The notes below the pieces were generated by a model. It was not told where the DNA came from. It made no database searches and worked only from the letters and a program-made list of their open reading frames with translations. DNA of 63,980 nucleotides, filler included, from Welwitschia mirabilis (taxonomy: Eukaryota), in NCBI GenBank assembly GCA_051453625.1. It is 7 parts of one record of this genome, joined end to end, with 100 filler letters (N's around TTAATTAATTAA, not from the genome) between each part and the next. Parts side by side here need not be neighbours in the genome. Positions count along the whole stretch, not along the records: positions 29,439 to 51,029 come from JBOZIK010000001.1; 6 more parts are not named here. One strand, 5' to 3'. The position numbers and the translations under genes were made by a program. Shown here piece by piece: positions 38,882 to 51,129 of this stretch (the stretch's first letter is position 1; each line of letters starts with the position of its first letter).

Positions 38882-40061
38882 TGTTGCGATGCCAAATTGT
38901 ATGTTTTTGATGGGGTATTTTAAGTAGTTTTTCAAGACATTTAGACAAGTTTAAGTAGAAAACAATGATTATTTAATTCAAGGAGTAAATCATAGAAATA
39001 CATAATTACTAGCACATTTGGAGGCATTTTGGATTAATTATAATATTTTACATTATGAGGAGGTATTAATGTGCTATAAGGCTAAGTTCACTTGATTAAA
39101 GAGCTTCAAGAACTATGTTATCCCCTCCATTATTTGGACAACAACCTCGATGACACCACTTGCATGCTAACTAGATTAAATATGGAAGATAAATATAGAT
39201 CTCTCTTAACATGTTATCATCCTCTTCATCGTTTGGATAATATACAAGATGACCACTATTTTTAGTTAATGTACCAAACTTTACCTAACTTGTGAAAAGT
39301 GACACGCACCTCCTATGCACTGTTAGGGTTTTGGTTGTGCCTGTTAGATTTTCTATTTTTGAATCTGTTATTATTAATAAATACCACCTTTTCCCTAGAC
39401 TTCGATCATCTTCATTGCATTAAAAATTATTGTGATAAAAGATTAAAGAGCCAAAGGTCTATTCATTAGTTATAGAGAGGAGTCTTTCTTAGTGTTGAAA
39501 TGTGTTTCCTTTATCGAGGTGTTGCTACTTTATAATAGGATGTTGATTTAACTTTTAATGAAATTCTTCTTTTGGTTTTAATATTCATGTGCATGTCCCT
39601 TATAGTTTATGTTGGTTATGATTTCATGACAGTTTCATAATTGATATAGGTCATCAAGGGTAATCTTAATCAAGGTCGAAATTATTATTTTAAGAACTTG
39701 CATCGCATTTTATATTTCCTAGATTAATCATTGCATGTTTTTAATATTCTATTTGACACACTTAATAGGCTAGATGTGATTTGATTAGTGATAGTTTTTT
39801 TGATTGATATAGGTTATACAAGGCTGATCTTGGTGATGGATAATTGGTAGTCAAATAGATATTGCATTTAGAGTAGATTGCATTTGCATTTGCATTTTAA
39901 TTCATGAAAAACAATGCTCTTTCTTCTCACCTAGTGCCTCTGATGGATTACAACATTTGGATCCACTCTCATCTATATTATTGTATTGTATTTATGCATA
40001 TATTTATGATTAATAGGAATTAACTAAGGATGTAACATTTGCATAAATATGCACTGCAACA
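38882..40061 (+). repeat. 3' LTR of Athila-like element C (1180 bp)
   Basis: TGTTGC...GCAACA termini; preceded by GTGGGGGACTA PPT. Confidence 0.9.
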
Positions 40062-40064
40062 CAT

Positions 40065-40570
40065 ATCTGCTATGATTATAACATCTTGTTCATAAAATGT
40101 TGAAGCTAGCTATTTCCATACACATGAAAACCTTCATTAGAGTAAAATAGATACATCATTTTAGCTAAGGATTTGGTCTTTAAATCTAGGAAATAAGCCC
40201 ATTTCAACTCTTAAAACTTGTAATAAATTATCTTCTCAAGTTTAAAGATTTAAAGTCTATTTTTCTTTTTTTAAAAAATACATCATCCTCATATTTCACA
40301 AGAGTGAAATTCCTATTCTTTTGAAGAAATAGTTTATTCATGAGTTATATCTACTATGATTATAACCTCTTACTCATAAACTCTTGAAAATAGCCTATTC
40401 TTATACACATAAAAAGTTCCATTAGAAAGAAAGAGAGATGCTAGTTAAGCTAAGAACTTGGTCTTCGAATCTAAGGAATAAGTTCATTCTAACTCTTAAA
40501 ACTTGTAATAAATCCTTTTATCATGTTTAAAAGATTAAAAGTCATTTTTCCTTAGAATAAATCATCCTTA
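40065..40570. repeat. Diverged direct duplication, unit about 285 bp
   Basis: CTATGATTATAAC...AGCTAAG.A.TTGGTCTT..AATCTA.G.AATAAG..CATT..AACTCTTAAAACTTGTAATAAAT occurs near 40070 and again near 40355. Confidence 0.8.
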
Positions 40571-41999
40571 CAATTACAAGTAACTATCTACAATTTCCAA
40601 TTGACTAAAACACTGATGAAATAGACATTTTACAAAGCAAAAGTAATGGATTTTGATACACAGATATGCTTAGAGTATACCTAGTATTAGCTTTGAGGCT
40701 TAGATATTTAATTCTTAAGAAAATTAATAGTTTTAACTAGAATTACAACTATCAAAGGGAGAAGAGTAGGATTTTCATACAAACAGAAAATGAAAAGGAG
40801 CTTTGTAGAATTTTGAATGTCATCCACATATGTGATGCATGGCTTGAAGTAGTTATTAAAGAAACTTTAGTTTGATAAAATTTAACTTTAGTTTGATAAA
40901 TTACCAACTAAAAATCCTATCAAGTTTTTTAATTAATTCATGATTAATTCAATGCCTAATGATTAAAATTAAAACTAATGTAAATAGATTTTATTAACTA
41001 AACAACTAAATTTTCTATTAAAGAATTGAGATATGTAAAACTAAGAAAAATTCATTTGATGTTCCCTAATATTTCACTACCTCTTTCAAGTTCTTTATAC
41101 TAATGTCACATCTAGAGAATCCTACTAGAAAGCTTTTGTCATTCCAATTTTAAAGATACTTTAGAATTCAAATACAAAATCACTGTGAAATCCCACATAG
41201 GAATCTCGGACATCCTGGCACATAATAATAGCTAAAATATAAATAATAGGAGTTTAACACTTAAACTTAGAACTTGGATTATATTTATCTCATCATTGAA
41301 ACATCTAATTTCATCAAGAATCTTCTCCATTTCAATGATAATAGCTTCTAAGCCAAAATAAAAAGGGCTTATGACATTTATTGTCCTAAAGTTGTAACCA
41401 TAAGTAACTAACATGAATTCAAATCATGCACATGAAATAGTTAACCACTGTAATCCTAAGTATTGAATGACAATTTCAACAACTAAAACTTCAGTTAAGT
41501 AGTTTTGTAAAAATAATTAATATGGCAGTACTATGAAAAAATACACTTCCCAATAAAATGTTAGATAAAGATAAGAACTAAGCACATTTGTATCCAGATA
41601 AATAAGTAAATGATCAAATAAAATTTAGAGTTTATGAAGATTACTATTACTAATTCTAAAGCATGCTAATATGCCAAAAATCTTGAATTGAATCAAAATT
41701 AATCAACTTTAAAATTAAGTAATTTTTCTTTCCCTTTATCACCATGTAAAATAAATAAAGCAAAGTATAAATAACCAAAAACATATATTATTATATTAAT
41801 ATTTAAAAAGTATATTGAATAAAAAGCATGAACATCTAACATTAGTAATTAATTACATAAAAAAGAAGAATTAAAAATCATAACAAAGAGTACATATAGT
41901 TCTTTATCATAAAACACTGATAGCAAAGAAGAAGAAGATAAGATGCAGCATCAGATAAAGTTACAATAAGTGAAGAGATAAATCATGAAGAGTAAGAAG

Positions 42000-42750
42000 T
42001 CATAGAAGAAAAATCATTAAGGGTTAGAGATATAGCCTGGTTTTCCTCTTCTTCTTCATCTAAAGAGTCTAAATTATCATATTCATAACCTTTAAGTCCA
42101 ATCTTAATTCTATCAATTTTAAACTTAATTGTTCAAGAAAGTCCAAAATTTCTTCATTACTATTAAGCGTGATTGAATTAAAACCTTCTAAACCCTTTCT
42201 TTTCTTAAAAATAGGAGGAATAGGTACTTCATTATTAATAATGTTCACTTCACTTTCTTAAATAAAGATAGACCTAATGATTTAGGAATTTTGACCGAAT
42301 CTTCTTCCTTATCAAGAAAAGTACCTTGGTCTATAAGAACACTTATAGAGTTCATAAAATGGAAGACTAAAATTATTTATAGTAAAGGATTGACCCATAT
42401 AATGCATAATATATTGAGAATTATTAATCTTAATTCCTTTCCTTAAACAATAGATAATGTAAATATGTAATGATGAAAACCTTGTCTCTATACCCTAACT
42501 TAGGTACTAAATTGTGAGTGCACCCTTGAAACAATACTTTGTGAAATGGTTTTGACTAACTAGTAAGTATATTAGACATACATTCAATAATCTTGCTACA
42601 TAATACTAGAGTAATAATGTCTTTAGGCATTACATTTTCCAAAGAAGACATAATAGAGATAAAGTGGAATTCCCTTTCTTTTGAAAATCTAATTAATTCC
42701 TGAATCATATCTCCTATGATTGTAAATTCTTAACTCCCACCATGGCTCTA
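42000..42750 (-). pseudogene. Retrotransposon extra-ORF remnant (env-like / Transposase_32-type plant transposon protein)
   Basis: With two frameshifts reads PFHKVLFQGCTHNLVPKLGYRDKV-SSLHIYIIYCLRKGIKINNSQYIMHYMG..FSLPFYEL-ISVLIDQG, matching the NLxP..D.V..YCL..G..IN....I...M..LPY pattern of SIRE/Athila extra ORFs. Confidence 0.6.
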
Positions 42751-43389
42751 GAGCAAGGAAAAAGTAAGAGAATTGACAAAGATGGCAGACTTAAAAGTGA
42801 ATGATAGAATAAAAAATAAATAAGGAGCATTTAAGAAGAAATAGCAAGTAGAAAGTAAACTTTCCATCTAAAAACGTTTTCCAAAAAAGAAGATTTAGAT
42901 GTCTAGGATCTTATTAAAATATAGTAATTGAAAGTTAAACATCCAAGATGAGATTGATAAGAATCCTAGAAAGATCCAAATCCTAAAAACTAAAAAGGAA
43001 ATTAAGATGTCTAGATAAAAATAATTGTACATCTAGAGACACTTGGAAAAATATTTATTAATAATGAATTCTTATGATGTTTAAAAAAATATGATGGGAT
43101 ATTTGAGAGATGTCATGAGAGATAATGAAAAGAGTAAATGATGAAGGTGATTTTAGACTACATCCTTTACATGAAAACTACTTAAGATTAGAATAAATAA
43201 ATAATGTGGATGCTAGGGATTAATAAGTTATACCATCGTACTACACTAAGGAAAAACAAATCTTAGTGGAAGCCTAGTTAAGTATGCTTGCTTATAAAAG
43301 TAAGCTCTAAAGTTTTAAATAAAGAGAAAAAATAATTTTCTTCTCTATAAATCTTGCTCTATCTTTCTATATCAAACTACTTATGCAAT

Positions 43390-43401
43390 TGGTATTAGAA
43401 C
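43390..43401 (+). promoter_or_regulatory. Decayed tRNA-iMet PBS of an unidentified plus-strand LTR element
   Basis: ..GCA AT TGGTATTAGAAC (cf. TGGTATCAGAGC), downstream of a TATA/polyA-like LTR-type segment. Confidence 0.5.
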
Positions 43402-43916
43402 TTAGGCTAAGGTTCTTGAGACTCTTAGAAGTTTGCATGTTTTCTAACCTGTGTACATGCTGTTGTATGCTTTTTACATGCTCCTTCATAGTTATGTTTA
43501 TCATAGAGTTATTTTGTATGTATTCTTTTGGTTTTGTAATTTTCTCTAGTCTTTCTTATTGCTACATGTAATAATAGATTGAAAAGTGAGCCAAAAACTC
43601 CAAAATCTACAACCAAACTTAGATCTATTTGTTAAATCTTGGGTTTATAGTTTTCTTTTCAATCTTAGATGCAGATTAAATTCTGGTGATTCCTTGGAGT
43701 ATATTGAGTTTGTCAAGAATTGTACTTTTAGTCTATCTTACTTAGCTAGAGGTCGACCTCACACAGGATCTAAAAGGTTGTTTAAATACTAGAGATAAGT
43801 AAGAGTTACTTCTTGTAAAGGAAAAGGAAGAGGATATGATAGAGGTATGGATAATAGTAGAGGCACCATTAATTAAAAGCATAAAAAGAAATTAGTATAA
43901 AAATAATTAAAGCATA

Positions 43917-46900
43917 TGTGCTACACTAATATGAAATCTATTCACTTAAAATGCAAACAAGAAATGAGGAGTGTATTTAAAAGAGATAAAGAGTTGTGAC
44001 TTATATCCAAAGATTATAGCTTATGAAAATTAGAGGCAAAGAGTCATGACTTATATTCAAAGGTCATGAATTATAAAAATTATGGAGAGAAAAAATCTTT
44101 AACACCCCCATTAAGTTCGTGCATAGATATCACACATGCCCAACTTATTAAGGCCTTTTGAAAACACTTGATTTAATATTGCTTTAGTAAGAACATTAGC
44201 TAATCAATCCTCAGATTAAATTTTAGGCATTTCTATAATCTTTCTATCTAACTTCTCCTTTATGAAGAATCTGTCTACTTATACATGCTTTGTTCGATTA
44301 TGAAGAACTCGATTGTGGGTGATGTTACATGAAACTTTATTATCACAATACATCTAAATTAGTTACCCAGGTGGATAACCCAAAGCTTACAAAAGTAATC
44401 TTAACCATAAGGCTTCACAAAGTCCTAGTGCCATACCTCTAAATTCAGCTTCTACACTTAAGCAAGCAACAACATTTTATTTCTTGATTCTCCATGTAAT
44501 AAGATTACCACCCAAAAGTGTAAAATAACTATAATTTGGTTGTCTATCATTAATTGATCTAGTTTAATCAACATAAGCATATGTATTTATGCTTTAAGAA
44601 TCTCTATTTTTAGTGAATAGTATTCCCTTTCTAGGAGTAAACTTCAAATACCTCAAAATACGCATGACTACATCCATATGTTATTCTTATGGATTATGCA
44701 TAAATTTATTGGCAATACTTAATGCATATACAATGTTTAGTCTAGTGTGGACTGAGTACATTAGGATTTCTACTAGCCTTTGGTATCTCCCTTTACCAAC
44801 TGGTATTTGGTCTAACTCAATACATAACTTTAAGCCTTCCTCCATGGGTGTATCAGCTTATTAACATGCTAACATTTCAATCTCTTTCAATAAGTCTAAT
44901 GCATATTTCCTTAAAAAAAAATATACTCCTTTCTTGGATCTTAACCCTTTGATCCTAAGAAAATATTTCAAGAAATCAAGATCTTTCATTTCAAACTCTT
45001 TGGATAAATACTCTTGTAAAGCCTTCCTTTCTTTTAGATCATTCCCTATAACTACTAGTCAATCACATATACAATGAGTGTAGTGATCTTCTTCTGCTAT
45101 TTTTCCAAAAATAAAGTATGATTTGAATTACTTTTTTTGTATTCAAATGCTGTCATAGAATTTGTGAACCTTCCAAACCATGCTTGTGGAGATTGTTTCA
45201 GCTCATACAATGATTTCTTCAATTTGCTTACCTTTTGACTATGCCTTTTTGGGTACATACATATTGGTGAAAGCTCTATATAAACTTCTTTAAATAATTC
45301 TCCATACAAAAAGGAATTTTTTACATCAAATTATTATAATGATTAATTTACATTTGTTACCAAGGATAGCAATACTTGGACAGTGTTGATTTTAACTATA
45401 GGTGGAAATGTCTTTGTGTAATAAATTCCATAGGATTGGATATATCCTTTTGCCATAAGTCTTGCTTTAAATCATTCAATTGTTTTATCTACTTTGTACT
45501 TCATAATGTAAATCCATTAACATACTACTTGCTTCTTTCTTGGTCGATAATCAACAAGGTCCCAAGTTTCATTTCTTTGTAAGAAGTTCATTTCCTCCTT
45601 CATAGTAGCTTTTCATCTTGAATCAGTTAAGGCTTCCTCTACACTATTAGGAATAGCTATAATAGATAATTAATTAACAAACGATACAAAATAACTCATG
45701 GAACATTTAACATTACTAGAAATATTAGGTTCATATGTGAGGTTAGGAATACCTCTAGTGAGAAGTTCTAGTAGTATTTTTCTTGAAGGCTTAGGTATTA
45801 GATCAGGAACATCTTTAATAAATAATTAGTATGGTATATTAGTGAGGATCTTAGATTCTTAAATTGATGGATTTTCTTATTCAATCACTTGCTTAGATTC
45901 TAAATGATCATTAATATTATGATCAAAAGATATACCACTTATATCTCAATTGTTGCCATCGTTTTTTTCAACAATATAATAATCTAGAATCTGAATCTCT
46001 ATTTGGTACTCCCCCTGAAATTCAAACTTAGAGGAAAAATACATTGATTCTTCATGAAAAACTACATCTAGTGTTATAAACATTTATTATATTAGAGGAT
46101 GATAATATTTTTAACCTTCTAATGCATAGCATACCCTAGAAAAATACATCTTAAAGCCTATGGATCTAACTTATTACACTGATGCTTATGAAGATGTACA
46201 AATAATACACAACCAGAGATAGAAGGAGGTAAATTAGGAATAGTTGAAGCAACCACAACATCACTGAAGTCTTGGAATGGTATTTGAAAATTAATAGTTC
46301 TTGATGGATTTTGATTAATTAAATATGCTATAGTGGTAAGTGCTTTCCTCTAATAAGACAATGGCATATGAGTTTTAATTAGTGAAGAACAAATAAATCA
46401 TAGTAAATGCCAATTTTTTTCTTTCGGCAACCCAATTTTATTAGCGTGTAGTGGCATAAGTAGTTTGATGAATAATCCCATGCACTTCTAAATACTATTG
46501 AAGTTTAGAGTTCTAATACTCTTCTCTATTATCACTATGTAGAACTTGAATTTGTGCATTGTAGTAAGTTCTAATAATTTTGTAAAATTTTTAAAATAAC
46601 AAACTTACTTTACTTTTAGACTTCATTAATCATAACAAATTTATTCTAGTACAGTCATTAATAAAAGTCACAAACCAATGTGATTCACTTAAAGTTGGGG
46701 TTTTGGATGATCCCTATACATCAGAATGTATAACCATAAAAGGATGAGGACTTTAATTTAAAATTAATGTAAACAAAGTTTGATGACTCCTTGCAAGTTC
46801 AAAAACCCCACATCAAAAGCTAAAAGCATCAAACTTTTCAAATAAGCTAGTAAATTATTTTTTTTGATAACCAAAGAACGCATGACCAAGATGTTAATTC

Positions 46901-47646
46901 TATAGCTAAATTTTAGGTTTATTTTTCTCCCTGTTATAACTATCCACTATAAAAACCTGACATAACTTTTTAGAACTCTTTGAAATGAGATCCAAGTAGT
47001 ACAACTTTTCTTGTCTATTACCATAACCAATCATCTACTTTATTTGTATGTTCTTAAACACATAAAAATTAGACCAAAAAATTACAACATAAAAAGGCTG
47101 TGGTTATTTGGAAATAGATAAAAGATTAAAATATAAGGATGGGATAACCAAAGTGGAATCTAGATTCAATGTATTAGTAAGGGTTAAAAATCCTTTCCCA
47201 CTAATTAGGGCTTGATTACCATTGGCAGTAGAAACAAAATTTTGGGAGGATGATTTAAGATGTATGATTTGTCTAGAATCAAATGTCATATGATCTGTAG
47301 TACTAGAATCAACTATTCATGCACTATTAAAAATAGGTGTAGAAATATTAAAAACTTTATGACCATTATTTGTAGATTCTACTAATGCAGAGTCTCTTTT
47401 AGTAACATCATCATTTGTATTTGTTTCAACAATAGTAGTGGTTTGGGTCCTATTAGGATTCTTCCTCTGGAAAGCTCGATTATGATTCCATCATTTTTGA
47501 TATCCCACAAGTTTATAGAAATGCTCTTTAGTATATCCAGTCAAGTTACAATGGGTGCATTTGTAAGTAGACTTATGGATACCATAGGTTATCTTTAATT
47601 GATTTTGAGTTACCATTATAGTAACTTCAAAATTTTTAGACTCCAC
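43917..47646 (-). mobile_element. Ale/Retrofit-like Copia element D, truncated in gag by an Athila LTR
   Basis: Minus strand: YKCTHCNLTG..K..YKLVGY; WIVDSS.TDHMTFD; GHAFFGY; MVIHSDV*G; KLKKSLY.LKQSPQAWFGRF; RTKHV*VDRFFIKEKL; KLGMCDIYART*; PPT 44105-44113; short 3' LTR about 43917-44104. Confidence 0.88.
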
Positions 47647-48005
47647 TATTGTGATGTGAATTTATGCAATGTTTCATGCCTTGATTTAAATCCTGTTAAT
47701 TACAAATAAGATGAACAAATACAGCATGCTAGTATAGTCGGAGTGATCCAAATGTCGTAATTCCATCGAAGGCCAATGGTATGGATAATAAAGAGTTGAT
47801 TTTGAAAAAGAAATATGTAACCTTAATCTACTAAATTAAACTACAATACATGAAATTAAAATAATGATGCAAAACTAATCTATGAAATTGAAACAATGAT
47901 ACACCTAATCTAATCAAGCTCAACCTTGACAAAGGCTGCCCTCATAATCTATATAATCAAAGAAACCTGTCACGAATCTTAAACAACATAAACTATGAAG
48001 GATAA
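47647..48005 (-). repeat. Athila-type LTR, 3' part (element E), cut by gap
   Basis: TATTGTGATG.. is the decayed reverse complement of the ..CACCGCAACA LTR end at 53055; 47950-48005 matches 62530-62580. Confidence 0.8.
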
Positions 48006-48105
48006 NNNNNNNNNNNNNNNNNNNNNNNNNNNNNNNNNNNNNNNNNNNNNNNNNNNNNNNNNNNNNNNNNNNNNNNNNNNNNNNNNNNNNNNNNNNNNNN
48101 NNNNN

Positions 48106-48954
48106 AGAAACCAAGTTAATTATGCCAAGTGGTACAGTAATCCCAAAAGACACCATTCAGTTTAAAAGACCATGACTTCTTCTTGGTAGAAACAAGTTTT
48201 TAAAGCATTTTTTTGATTTCTCTATTAACATTTTTAGCTTATCCATTAGTTTGAAGATGATAAGCACAAGCTATTCTATGTTCTATACTAATGAATAAAA
48301 TAATTTTTCTAAAAAGATGATTAATGAAATGATTTCTGTGATGAGTAATGATTATTTAAGGAAATTCAAAACATTGAAAAATTTGAGTTCTAACAAAGTT
48401 ACAAATGATATAATCATCATTTGAAGAAGTAGGAGATGCTTCAATCCATTTAGTCACATAATCTATAGCCACTAAAATGTAATTTTATCTTAAAAAGTGT
48501 CTAATTATGCCTCTAAAATTAATTTCCTGACAGTTAAAAAGTTCATAGTTAATAAAAGGTTTGAGAAGCATTCTTATGATTGTAAAAGACTACCAAAATG
48601 TTGACATGCATCACATCTTCTGACATACTCAAAGAAGTCTTAGAAAAGACTAAGCTAATAGAATCTAAAGTGAATAATTTTCATGGTTATTTTCTAATTA
48701 CTAAAACGTCCATCATTAGATTTTTTTAATTTTGGTACACATTTTCTCATGATTTAATCCTTACACCTACGATAAAAATGGGCATTATTTAATTGTTACT
48801 CTAATTTTGTGGTGTTTTTAAAGTAACAAAATAGTTGACGATATCTACATACCATGGAGGCGATGAGTATAAGATAGAACAAATAATTATTCATCTGGAA
48901 AAGAATCACTGATAGGAAGATTATCAAAAGAAGAAAAAAGATGTGATAAGTGAT
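48106..48954 (-). pseudogene. Athila-type RNaseH-integrase junction and integrase core remnant
   Basis: HLSHL..ISDSFPDE*LF..PWYVDIVNY; VRRCDACQ; YILVAIDYVTKWIEA..ND; IEHRIACAYHLQTNG*A..VNREIK. Confidence 0.88.
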
Positions 48955-51029
48955 TGTTGCAGTGTGTATTTATGCATGCTTTTACATTTAAATAGATTTT
49001 ATCATTAATAATTAAAATAGATCTTATGCATAGTATATAATGCTAATATAGTGGGAGTAACCCAAGTGTCATATCTCGTTGAAGTCTATCTGTAAGGGAC
49101 TTAGGTTTCTTTTGAAAAATAATAGGAGTCAAATCAAGTAAATAAAACTAGAAAAATGTCATATGCAATTTAAACTAACATGCAATGTAAAGTAATCATA
49201 ACCTACTTGTCTTTCAGGCCTAACAAGGGCTACCCTTGATAATCTATATCATTCAAGAAACTATCACAAAATCTTGGGTAATATTAGATTATAAGGAACA
49301 CAAGTAATCCTATAATGCAAACATAAAATAAAAATAAGATTTATAAATGATAATAATATCCATGTTACAAAATAGTCAGGTCTCAATAGAAGATACTTAG
49401 CCCTCTACCAAGTGCTCATCTTTCTATAACTCTCAAGATAAATCTCCTGCCCTTTGCTCTCCTATCACAAGAATCTCTGGTGCATCGAAGATGAGAAAGG
49501 AGAGTTGAAAGAGAACTTATTTATAGAAAAATACAATAAAAATGGATAGATAAAAGGTGCAGTTATGCACACTCATTAAGCACTTAGAAATGGACAAAAT
49601 AGCTAAGAGAATCTGTCAGTGATAATTACATGTTAGTATCATCCATGCTGTTGTCCGAACGACATAGGGGACAATAGACTATTACAAAATATCTTCATAG
49701 TGATGACTTAGTGATCCCTATAAGTAGTCGTTGTCCTACCTTTATGTGGATGACGGAGGGGACGACGGTCTTCTTTAATGTATTTCGTAAGGAGAAACTT
49801 AGCAGTTTTATCATGAAAAGCTCTATTTATTGAAAAGTACTTTTAATACATCAAATTTGGATAATAACTGCACTTTTTTGATATTTTTTCTTATATCTCC
49901 AAAATCCTCAAAATTGTACCTAAATCTATATAAAAGTCTTATAAAACAACTCATAAAATCCATTAAATAATCATAAATCAGCAGCACAACCCTCACTTAG
50001 CCTTTGTCAGTCCCTGACAAAAACCAGGTGAAAAAACCATAATTGCAAGCCAATTTATTTTTCAAAAGATAATGTGGAAATCATAATAATAGGCTCATAA
50101 AAACACATCATATAGATAAATGACAAGTAATGCATAATGTGTATGAAAAATTTGAAAATTTTATGTCATAAAAGCTTTAAAAATTTNNNNNNNNNNNNNN
50201 NNNNNNNNNNNNNNNNNNNNNNNNNNNNNNNNNNNNNNNNNNNNNNNNNNNNNNNNNNNNNNNNNNNNNNNNNNNNNNNNNNNNNNTAAATGACAAGTAA
50301 TGCATAATGTGTATGAAAAATTTGAAAATTTTATCATTAAATATTTAAAAATTTTGAAAATGAGCCATGCAAATGGATCTCTACCTGCCCCAAAGAAAAG
50401 GCAATACATCTCGTATTGGCAAATAAAGTAAATAAGGTAAACAAGAGTGGAAATGCAGGAAATGGAAATGAGGACAACTTTCAAAACAAAGTGCAACACT
50501 GAGTAATTCAGATTTGAAAAATATAGAGATATGAAAATATTCTAATAGGCAGAAAAGAGTGGACAAAAAGTGTTTTACCATAAAAAGAATATGAGTAGTG
50601 CTAGACAACACCAAACATCTAAAAAATAACACAAATCTAAACAAGAAATTACTTTTTATTAAAAATTAAAATAGGAAAACATGCTAAGAAAATATGGTAA
50701 TAACTTTGAAATAACTAATAAAACCACAAAATAAAAACAAGAAGGATGGGTATAAGATAATATAAATAAAAGATAGCCCACTACTCTAACATTTTAACTT
50801 AGCAATTTGCAAATGAAAGTAATCATAACATCACTTGATGTGAAAAGTGCATAACTTTATGTACATAAGTTCCATTCGATAAGGTAGTGATTATGACAAT
50901 GCTAAAGTAATATGCTTTAAATAATGAATGATCAAACCAAAGAATTACTCAAAAATAAACTCTTCTATCATCATCTCAAGAAAAATACCAAAATATCAAG
51001 AAATAAAATAATTATGTATAAAGACTAAG
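48955..51029 (-). mobile_element. Athila-like element F: 3' LTR 48955-49986 plus 3' UTR, inserted into the pol of E
   Basis: TGTTGC(48955)...GCAGCA(49986); PPT and conserved TTTGTCAG-TCC-CTGACAAA hairpin immediately right; interrupts the ADHLS motif. Confidence 0.8.
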
Positions 51030-51129
51030 NNNNNNNNNNNNNNNNNNNNNNNNNNNNNNNNNNNNNNNNNNNNTTAATTAATTAANNNNNNNNNNNNNNN
51101 NNNNNNNNNNNNNNNNNNNNNNNNNNNNN
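51030..51129. other. Artificial contig linker 3
   Basis: 44N-TTAATTAATTAA-44N. Confidence 0.97.

Larger units (their letters stand above)
16000..40061 (+). mobile_element. Athila-like Gypsy element C (gag + protease only), interrupted by Copia A; 5' end cut by linker
   Basis: 5' LTR ends ..CACAACA 17761; decayed tRNA-Asp PBS; gag and protease remnants; 3' UTR resumes after about 36945; PPT GTGGGGGA 38871; 3' LTR 38882-40061 homologous to 16000-17761. Confidence 0.7.

Noticed and set aside
41184..41250. snRNA promoter (ATCCCACATAG plus TATAAATA)
   Set aside because: Imperfect USE, spacing slightly long and no snRNA sequence downstream; the motif also occurs at LTR starts.
41941..41960. miR172-like ATGCAGCATCA
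   Set aside because: Only a partial match and no hairpin.
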